Source of the DNA: Takakia lepidozioides
Taxonomy: Eukaryota; Plantae; Bryophyta
Direction of reading: 5' to 3'
Assembly: GCA_030704615.1 (NCBI GenBank)
Contig: JAKLZA010000230.1
Coordinates: 1-13,000 of the forward strand
Length of the DNA: 13,000 nucleotides
Position numbers and translations under genes: made by a program. Each line of letters opens with the position of its first letter. The first letter of the stretch is position 1. Below the pieces are notes generated by a model. The model was not told the origin of the DNA and did no database searches. It saw only the letters and a program-made list of their open reading frames with translations. This document shows positions 1-9,447 of this stretch, in pieces.

Positions 1-580
1 CCCCACAGTCGTTCCCTGTCCTACTCTTCGTTCCTATTATCGTGACAGCTGTGTCAAGCGGTGACTGGCTGTGTTTGGCTGTGTCGGGCTGTGATTGGCT
101 GTGTGGGCTGTGTCTGCTGTGACGACTGTGAGGGCTGTGTGGCTGTGTGGGCTGTGTGTGTGTGTGACGACTGTGACGGCTGTGTGGGCTGTGACGACTG
201 TGACGGGCTGTGTTGGCTGTGTGGGCTGTGACGGCTGTGTGGGCTGTGTGGGCTGTGACGACTGTGACGGGCTGTGTTGGCTGTGTGGGCTGTGACTGCT
301 GTGTCGGCTGTGTGGGCTGTGACGACTGTGACGGCTGTGTGGGCTGTGACGACTGTGACGGGCTGTGTTGGCTGTGTGGGCTGTGTGGGCTGTGACGACT
401 GTGACGGGCTGTGTTGGCTGTGTGGGCTGTGACTGCTGTGTCGGCTGTGTGGGCTATGTAACCCCCTCTACAGTGCGCTGCTGTCACCCCTAAGGTTCCT
501 GTTTGTCTCAGTCTGTGCAAAAATTAAGGGTACCCTACAGATCCCGTATAAGTGTCTAAGTCCCCTACAGTCCTCTAACA
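1..580 (-). repeat. 3' LTR (partial, U3 side)
   Basis: 5-580 aligns with 12599-12988, and both copies end ...cccctacagtcctctaaca on the + strand (TGTTAGAG start on the minus strand). The copy directly follows the PPT. Confidence 0.95.
43..455. repeat. Minisatellite in the 3' LTR: 9-10 bp CTGTG-core units (tgggctgtg, acgactgtg, acgggctgtg, ttggctgtg) with a higher-order unit of about 37 bp
   Basis: Tandem GGCTGTG/GACTGTG units are directly visible. Confidence 0.92.
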
Positions 581-583
581 TTA

Positions 584-597
584 CCCCTTCCCCCCTC
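584..597 (-). promoter_or_regulatory. Polypurine tract (plus-strand primer)
   Basis: The minus strand reads GAGGGGGGAAGGGG, then TAA, then the TG of the 3' LTR. Confidence 0.92.
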
Positions 598-611
598 AAA
601 AAGCCGTGTCC

Positions 612-3600
612 TCACGGTTTACTGTTTCCGAGTAGCAACCCTTTGTGAGTGAGCACCTTGTTGACGTTGAGAGTTTCGTGGTGGGCTGTGTGTACGAGCC
701 CGAGGTCTGTCTCTGGTTGATGGAGATGGTTGATCACTACCTGGATAAGTGAGGCCTTCTGGAGGTGATATCGAGGTAATCTTTCCGGCATAGGAGATCC
801 CCTTTGTTTCTTCTCTTCCATCTGAATTGCATAGTCTTCTCCCATGTCAAAAGAATTTTGTGAAGAAACAGTTGTATCAGAATCCTCATCGCCTCTCAGG
901 TGTTTTAATTTTCGAACTTTTTGTGGAATCATCTGGGGCATACAATGCTGTCCTACCATGTCTGGAAGTTTGCATTTTACAACCTGGTGTAACCGTTGAA
1001 CAGCAAAATTGGTGTAGACACTGAGCTCCTTGTCTGTCCAGATGAGTGGGGTACCAATTACTGGTGCAGCGTGCAAGTATTTCCATGCGATATGTCCCTT
1101 ATAGAAAATGTCATCAAGTCCGAATTTCTGTGTTGACAAATTGTTGCAGGCTGCTTGAAACCATGAACGAATTTGAGAATCCTTTTGTATCATAACTTTT
1201 GGGTCATATAGGTACATATGAGGTGGCACCGAAGGTAATACCCAATGATCTCCACTGGAGTAACTTTGAAAGCGTGCTTGCATCTTTTGTTGCTCTATGT
1301 GGTAACGTATCAGAAAACAAGCAGCGTAGTATAGCCCGCACCCCATGACAATACTTGCTATCTCCTTGGTCTTGGTATAAATGAGTCCATGTACAACCTG
1401 GAAAGCAACCAATTCCCTCAACATGGTACCTGCCTCGTGCCAGTATTGTGCAAAGTGATGATCTTCAATATGTCGATTGTTTGGAAGAACTTTAGTCCTG
1501 GTTGCCACTGGCAGCCAAATACGCATGATTTGGTAGTAATGTGCGAATGACTGCGGAGGACTAAATTCTTTCCAAGCCAAATCCAACATGATGGGAATTT
1601 GGTTGAAGGGCATAATCATAGCCCTACTGTACTCCCTGGCAGCTGGAGTTTTAGGTGGGTTAAAAGCTGCATTGCCCCATACCTCCGGCTGTGGTGGCTG
1701 TGGTGTGGTTGTAGTAACCACAGGTTCAGCTACTGGTACACTGACCTGTTGTGGTGGTGGTGGTACTGGTTCCTGTACCATTGGCATCTCCTGCACCTCC
1801 TGTGAAGACTGAAAAGCCAGAGTTCTGGCTTGCAAATAAGAAGCCATTAGCTGTTCCTGAGGGATATAGACTCTTTGGTCGATGTTTGAAGTGAGGTCTT
1901 CCACTTGAGTCTGGAGTCCGTCTACATCCTCTTGTAACTCTGCTATCCTACTATAGACATTGTCTATAGTAGTTGTGGCAATGTTCTGCACCTGCAGTCT
2001 GAGCTCATTCATCTCGCTTTGGGTGAGCTTCCGTGGGCTTTGCCCTCTACTGGCCCTTGTGCTAACCAGACCTGCATAAGGCTGTTATCCACCAAGCTGC
2101 TTGTGGTTCCCCTGAGAGTTTGCTCCTCTCTTAGCTTATACAATTCCAACTGCTGTTGTAAAGCCTTCATGCGCTTCGCCTGTGGCTCAACCAATTGCGC
2201 ATAGGCAGCAAGTAGATTATTGGCTTCTTTCGAAGCCTTGTTACTGACCGCGATTTCATTTCTATTGGCCACGATGGTTTGTTGCAACTCCACGATGTAT
2301 TCTCATTCTCAGCTTCCATCTGCCTGTATTGCTTGAAAGTATCTTCATTGCGACAGATTGTATTCTTCATATCGACAATGAGCTTCATGTGCTCCACATT
2401 CTCTTCTTCTGCCTTCGTACATTTTTCCGCTTGACTGTTTATTTCTTTTGTTGATTGGTCAAGCATAGTTGTAAATGTAGCGCATTGTATCGCCATCCTG
2501 TTATGCACTGTCTGCAACTCCGTATGTAGTGCATTCAGTTCTTGCAACTTGCTTTCATGCTGCACCTGCATTTGGTATAGCTGTTGCTTATGTGCTTCGT
2601 GCAACTGGTCTTGCGCGAGGCCTGCCTCAATCAATTGTTGCTTGGCCAATTGCAAAGCCATTTCTGTATTGGCCAAGTCCTGCTTCATCTTGAGAGTGAC
2701 CTCTTCATCGACCTTGTTTGCACACTCAGTGGCAAGTCGAGCCTCAAACTCCTTCCTGAGTTCTTCTTTCAAGGCTGTCAATTGGGTAATTGGAACATGG
2801 GTTTTGACATAAGTCCCCAACAAATTAAGTGTCCTGCCTATGGAACTCATCAGCATTGCCTGTTGAGGGTCATCATGGTGAGGTTGCTGCTGTTCCTCCG
2901 ATCTTCAACAGTATGATGTCTCACTAACCATTCAGACCATTGTCCCACCGGATTTTCTTCCTGAACTACTTCATTTATGACCGGTGCTACAGTGTCATGG
3001 CCTTCCGCCTGTGGTACCTCCGACACAGGTGTGTGCATTATATGTACCTCAGGATTTTCTTGGGCAACTGTTGCACCTCTGGGATTTCTGTCTGCTTGAC
3101 CAGACCAGAATATTCATAGAGAAGGTCCCCTTTCTCTATTTCTGCCACTATCTGTTCTGTAGTTGGAATATCTATCCCTTCACTTTCCAAATCAATTATT
3201 TCGGGTTGAGCTGCATGGATAACTTGTGACCTTGTGACAAGTCGTTCAAGTGGCTGTGTTGGTTGTGATGCAGAAGTAACTTCTTCCTCCCTCTCTGAAG
3301 GTCCTGCTTCCAGTAATAACATTCTTTTGTGCTGCTGTGCCCCTTCCTGGTCATGAGCTTGGGAAACATTATCATGCGGAATCCGTGAAGCCAGTGGATC
3401 CGCCACTACAGTCTTTCCCCTTCTCTGCCTCTTAGTCTCGGGTTGTGCTGCTAGTCCACCCTCACTGTGTGAAGAGCCTTGCTCTTCCATTGCAGTTGTT
3501 TCTGGCTCAAACACTCCCATTTCCTTCCTTTCTTGTGCATTAAGTATGCCAGAACTAAGGATTATTTGAGCAATGATTGGGCCAGACACTATGATAGGAG

Positions 3601-4380
3601 ATTTTGCGGTAGTACCTTGTAATCTTTTCATCTCCTCTACCAGTGCGTTGTACATTATGTCCGCCCATGGTACCTCTTGTCCCTTCAAGCCTTTGAGGAT
3701 TTCCTCTGTGAAGGATCTGCTCAAATATTGTTGGTTCTGTTTCAGGGCAATCAGAACGTTCAATACTTGGCCTATGTCTTTTAACCCTGGGTACACAGCT
3801 TTGGTACAAGCATAACCCTGAGTTTTAAAGAAACTCCCTTCTTGGAATAAATCCCCTATTTGCAGTCTTTCCTGTGTTCCTCCACATACACATGACCTGC
3901 TGGCAATCGAAACAATTGCTGGAGGTATAGGGGAGTAATCATTAATTCAACTCCCTTCACCGTTGTTGTTCCTGTCTTTGGCTCAAAGTTCTGCAAAAAT
4001 TGTAACATGTACTGTCTATGGTGTAGTGTCCAATCCATGCTTTGCAATCCTTCCAATCTCAGCTCCTTCAGTATCTTTATCGCCTGTGGGGTAGCCATCG
4101 TTTGTTTCTGCAGAATTGTGGTGCTCTTCACCCTGATTTCCTCCATTCCTCTCACTCTCTTCATCTTAGACTCACAGAACTGCTTTGGCTGTAACAACTG
4201 CAGGAATGCCTGTAGTGCACAAAGCAGAAACGTATGGTTGCCGCAGAAAGCTATGGGTAATCTCTTGTAAGCCTGCGGGGCTTGCAAGCATTGTTCAAGA
4301 GAAAAGCTCTGCTCTTTCGTTTCGTGTCTCTGCCACTGCGTAAGTAATATTGCGAGCGTATAGTCTGTTAGTTCCTCCAT
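612..4380 (-). CDS. Large extra 3' ORF (env-like position), about 1200 aa, split into six track ORFs by -1 frameshifts; function unknown
   Basis: ORFs 3856-5130, 3038-3796, 2850-3038, 2167-2856, 2009-2293 and 612-2012 join through successive -1 shifts with open overlapping frames (near 3880, 3060, 2895, 2302 and 2030). Candidate starts are ATG 4380 or 4164. FLQNF...TVKGVELMITPLYLQQLFRLP recalls plant retroelement accessory domains (ATHILA ORF-1/Transposase_32-like; recalled, not searched). The central region is rich in E/Q/K/L heptads. Confidence 0.75.
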
Positions 4381-4850
4381 AGTTTCCAAGTTATAGCATT
4401 TATGGCCTGTCCTGTCGAGACGCCCGTTACTCAGAACGACGCCGCCTCTTGCGCTTAATTTCCCTCCATTTTCTTGATCATTTCTCTGGTTTTCTATTGG
4501 CTGTATCCGCTGTGACTGGATTTTAACTTTTATCTTCTTTAGTGGACTTTCCCTGTTGGATAGTCCACTAGGATCACACATGCGACATGAATTCAGTTTT
4601 TCTGTACTTGCCGTTCGTTCTGTTTCCCTTTTTCCGTATTCATTAATGGGCCCGCCTTTCATCCCTTTTGACGGCCGTTCTTGTCCTCTTTCTTTTTGAC
4701 ACCTGTCCTTGCACTTCATTCTCTGCTGTGTGTCGCACCCTGACCTCCACGTGTCTATTTTTAAATTAATTTCCGTTTCTTCTTCCTTCAGCCATTTTCC
4801 TGAAGTTTTTATGTGTCCACTTGTCACTGATTCTATGGATCGTGTAACTT

Positions 4851-5272
4851 TAGTAGGCTGTGTTGAGCTGTGACAGGCTGTGTCATACTGTGTTACGCTG
4901 TGATAGGCTGTGTTGCACTGTGGTAAGCTGTGATAGGCTGTGACACGCTGCGGTAGGTTGTGATAGGCTGTGTCACGTCGTGACGGGCTGTGATAGGCTG
5001 TGTCACGCCGTGCTGGGCTGTGATAGGCTGTGTCACGCTGTGATGGGCTGTGATAGGCTGTGTCAGCCGTGGGCTGTGATGGCTGTGATAGGCTGTGTTG
5101 CGCCTTGCTGGCTGTGATAGGCTGTGTCACGCCGTGTGATGGGTGTGATAGGCTGTGTCACGCCGTGATGGGCTGTGATAGGCTGTGTCGCCTGCTGGGC
5201 TGTGATAGGCTGTGTCACGTGATGGGCTGTGATAGGCTCACGCCGTGATGGGCTGTGATAGGCTGTGTCACG
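4851..5272. repeat. Internal tandem array, about 14 x 30 bp (consensus tgatgggctgtgataggctgtgtcacgccg), built from 10-bp subunits
   Basis: 30-bp periodicity is visible, with (C/G)TGTG every 10 bp. Copies at 4851-4960 are more degenerate. Confidence 0.93.
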
Positions 5273-5399
5273 TTTGTTTTGCCCACCCCGGTCATATATA
5301 CTGGGCCTAGCGACAAGTGTTCCATACTCCGTTCGTAACACTGGTGCAGCCCGTGACTGCTCTTGCGGTTCAACATGCAAATCATGCTGCAGGGGTTTG

Positions 5400-6570
5400 T
5401 CATGGATACCACTGTACCCCTTCAACTTATTTGCATTGACTCTTCCCAGCATTTCTTTGTTAATGGTTTGTAACATGGCTGTGTTGTTATCATACATCTT
5501 TTGTATGACATAAGGTCCTTTCCATGGTGATTTAAGCTTAGAAGCTTGAATCTTTCCTTTCTTCTGCAACCATAGAACCAAATCCCCCGTCTTAAAAGTC
5601 TTTAATTGCCTTCATCAAACTGTTCCTTTCGCTTCATCTGAATTCTGGTCATATTATCAGCTGCATCAGCACGTACTTCTTCCACATGGTATAATTCATG
5701 TTTCCTGACCTTGATGGAGTCTTGCAATTCCATTCTTTTTCCCCACTCCGTTCTCATGGTAGGTAACAGGAATTCCACTGGAAGTAAGGCTTCCATACCA
5801 TAAACTAATTGGAATGGTGTATACTTTGTGGTGACTTTATATGAAGTCCTGTATGACCATAAAGCTGTCAGCAGCTTTGTATCCCAATCCGTTCTGTTTG
5901 CATTGACTATCTTAGCCAAGATAGTACATAGTATTTTGTTGGTAGCCTCTGCCTGTCCATTACCCTGTGGGTAATATGTTGTACTCTTTCTATGCACAAT
6001 CATAAACTCTTTAGTCAATAACTCAATGGTCTCATTCATGAAGTGACTTCCTTGATCACTGATAAATTCTAAGGGACATCCAAATCGTGTAAGTATGTTC
6101 TCGTACAGGAACCTTGCTGTGGACTTGGCTGTGTTGTCCCTCAAAGCTTTAGCTTCCACCCACTTTGTAGTATAATCAGTGGCTGTAATTATGTACCTGT
6201 TTTGTGTATTCTTGGATGGTGGATTAATTGGTCCAACAAAGTCTAGTCCCCATTTCTGAAATGGTTCCGTAGGCATTGTAGGATGCAAGGCCATTCTTCC
6301 AGATCTCTGCAAAGGTCCTAGCCTCTGACATTCATCACACTTCTGACAATACTCATGTACATCTTTGAACAAAGTAGGCCACCAGTATCCTGCGAGTAGT
6401 ATCTTTCTACTGGTAGTCTCTTCTCCAAAATGACCTCCAGCCACTCCTTTATGAACTTCCTCCAAGACTTTATTTACTTCATGGTGGTACAAGCATCGTT
6501 TTAGTACTCCATCAGGTCCTAACTTATACATTCTGCTTCCTACCATAGTATAAGGTAAAGCTCTGATATA
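5400..6570 (-). CDS. pol: Integrase (pol): HHCC zinc finger, DDE core, C-terminal GPY motif; -1 shift near 5612
   Basis: H-KGVAGG-H...CDEC; WGLDFVG, ISDQGSHF, NGQAE; FKTGDLVLW...PWKGPYVI...VNANKLKGY. There is no stop right after LKGY, so the true end is uncertain. Confidence 0.95.
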
Positions 6571-8249
6571 GCAATTCTCTTCCTCTGCTCCTTACCATAA
6601 CTAGGTGGGCACTGACCATGAGCAAGGTAGTATCTGATTGGCCACTGCCAATCTAACCATTCATCTGCACTTCCTTGCACCTCCATTACAAATAAACTCG
6701 CATCAGGTAACTGATCGTCCACTCCTGTGGCGGCCTCTCCTGTTGTTAGTCGTGACAAATGATCTGCCACAAGATGCAAACGGCCAGGCTTGTAAATAAC
6801 CTCGAACTCAAACTCATGCAAGATTATTAACCACCTCGCTATCCTTCCACTTATCAAAGGTTTGTTCACCAGATATATCAGAGCCTGGTGATCCACATAA
6901 AACATAAACTTTCTTCCCAATAGGTAATGCCTGAATTTCTTCACTGCATAGATCATTGCCAATGCTTCTCTTTCCGTTGTGCTATAGTTCCTCTCAGCAC
7001 TGTTCATCAACCGGCTAGCATAGTACACAGGTGAATCTATATTCCCTGTAACATTCTGGGCTAACACCGCTCCCAACGCTTCTCCTGATGCATCGCAGTG
7101 AACATGAAATACTACATGCCAGTGAGGGTTAATCAGCACAGGTGTAGTTGTTACTGACAGTGTAAGTTCCTCAAACGCCTGTTGACATTCAGCTGTCCAT
7201 GCAAACACTGCATCTTTCTTCAGAAGCTTGCTCAATGGTGCTGCTATTTGTGCATACCTTTTGACAAATCTTCTGTAATAACTGGTTTGCCCAAGGAATC
7301 TCCTTAAACTCTTAACATTCACTGGTGGTGGAGAGACTTTAATGGACTCTGTCTTCCTGGGATCCACAAGGAGTCCCTTCTTACACACAATGTGTCCCAG
7401 AAGCACCCCTGAGTTCACACAGAAAGTACACTTCTCTGGGTTCAAGCCCAGACCTCTCATCCTGCATCTGGCCAGGCATAACTCCAATTTATGCAAGTGC
7501 TCATTCTTAGAGCTGTACACACTGAAATCATCCAAAAACACCTGCATGAAATCATCCAGATACTCTTGAAAAGATTCACTTATCACTCTCTGAAAGGTCG
7601 CTGGTGCATTACAAAGTCCAAAGGGCATGACTTTGTATGCATAAGCCCCCCAGTCTGTGATGAAAGCTGTTTTCCCTTGGTCTTCTTCTGCCACTTGCAC
7701 TTGATTATAACCACTGAAGCCATCCATGAATGAGTACATCTCATGGCCTGCCACAGTGTCTAATACTGCTTCTGTGAATGGCAAAGGGAAAGGATCTTTC
7801 TTCGTACAAGCATTCAGCTTCTTATAGTTCACACATACTCTTAGTTTGCCATTCTTCTTGGGAACTATAACAATGGGTGACAACCAAGTTGTATACTCTA
7901 TTGGGTATATAAACTTAGCCTCAGCCAACTTCTTTATCTCTTCTCCAACCTTCTGTGCGTAGTTGGGATTCATTCTATACCTCGCCTGCTTGATTGGTAC
8001 TGACCCTGGTTCCAGTTCAATTTTATGCTGACAGACTTCAGGTGGTATCCCTTTTAGATCCTCATAGCTCCAAGCAAATACATCTCTGTATTTGATGAAC
8101 AAGCTTTTAGCTTCTTCGAAGAATTCCGGCTCCAAATCAGCTCCTACTTTCACCATTCTCGGTTCCTCCTGAGTTCCCACATTTACTTCTCTCACCTGCT
8201 CATCAGCTGTGATTGTCCAACCAGTCACCACTTCATCCTTTAAGCTCAC
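6571..8249 (-). CDS. pol: Reverse transcriptase and RNase H (pol)
   Basis: RT: WLSPIVIVPKKNGKLRVC, FMDGFSGYNQ, MPFGLCNAPATFQR, FLDD. RNase H: CDAS, TEREALA, VDHQAL, ADHLSR. It joins integrase by a -1 shift near 6568 (IRALPYTMVG). Confidence 0.97.
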
Positions 8250-9447
8250 AGTGGCTGGTTCTTCTAGGATTTCTATCTCTCCCTCCTTTTCTTCATAGAA
8301 ATGTGATGGGTAAATGTGGTTTCCTCTTCAATTGGTGTTGCTGTCACTACACCACAGCAGATACCTCTCAAACAACTTAGGCTTTCCAGCCGCATCTCTG
8401 CAACCTGCTCCCATTCTGGGTGTGCAGCAAATAGGGTAGCTTCCTGCTCCTCATCCAGTCCTCCCTCCAGTCATACTCTCTGACTCCTCGAGGTCTTCTT
8501 GTAGCAGGTAATCTACTAGATTTCTTTGTGGTAATTTGTATCTCGTGCATCCCATTATGCACAGTTAGTAACTGAGAATTCCAGTCATGGAATACCCTGG
8601 CCTGTTTCAGCCACGGACGTCCCAATAATAAGGAGTAAGCCTCCATGACTTCATCCATTTTTAATACAGTTACTGTGATCATAAAGATCATTTTCTGTAT
8701 CTGTATCTTAACTCCTCTTATTAATCCCAATGGCTGTACACTTCTTTGATCTGCCATTGTTACTGTAAATGGGGCTGGTTTCATGTTACTTAGACCAAGC
8801 TTCTTCCTTAATTGGTCTGTCATGATATTTACTCCAGAACCACCATCTATCAGTACATCAGTTAGTTCTGTGCTTCCAATTCTCAATTGGATTACTGGCA
8901 TAGAATCATCAAAGTCCATGACTGGTTCTCGCCCTTCCGGCTTCACATTATAACTGGTCACCTTGCTGTTCAGGTCTGTGTTTCCTGTCTCTTGGGCAAT
9001 TCGATTGATTGCCTGATACAGCCTGTGCCTACAATAAGGTGCCACAGCTAATAGCTGTCCAATGGTAATTTCTGCTTTGGTCTGACATATTACTTCAGCC
9101 AAAGTCTCTTCATTACTTTGCATGTCTGCATCTTCTTTTTTCCTTTCTTCCTCACTCCCCTCTTTTTCTCCATCCGAATCAGAGGAATCTGCCACAGGAA
9201 TATCCGTACTCTTTTGCATTTCCCTTATAGTATCTGCCACTTCCTTGTGCAGTTCCTTCTCATCCTTCCAAGTCTCTTCATCTTCAGGCATATCATTGCC
9301 ACTTCCAGTCTCATCTTCTTCCTCTTCTACTGGAGGTATTAGTTTGGCTTTACTTCTTGTTACTATCATTGTACTTACTTCTGGTACAACACATGGCCTA
9401 ACCATGTGAGCTGCCACCACTGGGCCCTCATTCACAGGAGCTCTCAT
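8250..9447 (-). CDS. pol: Aspartic protease and flanking linkers (pol); -1 shifts near 8462 and 8320
   Basis: VLIDGGSGVNIM (catalytic Asp codon 8847-8845), MADQRSVQPLG and LLLGRPWL. Confidence 0.92.

Noticed and set aside
95-395. Cys-rich, metallothionein-like ORFs (CVGCVGCDDCD), also at 12632-12935 and 5060-5248
   Set aside because: They are translations of the minisatellites in several frames, with no independent evidence of coding.
527-536. 10-bp palindrome AGGGTACCCT in both LTRs
   Set aside because: It is short, it occurs twice only because the LTR is duplicated, and no function can be inferred.
1880-2790. Captured host myosin/SMC-like gene
   Set aside because: Only generic coiled-coil composition is present. 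There are no motor or ATPase motifs, and the region is in frame with element-type domains.
4851-5272. CRISPR-like array
   Set aside because: The repeats are head-to-tail with no unique spacers, there are no cas genes, and the context is a eukaryotic retroelement.
5280-5420. Chromodomain after integrase
   Set aside because: No chromodomain-like motif follows LKGY, and the RT is of non-chromovirus type.
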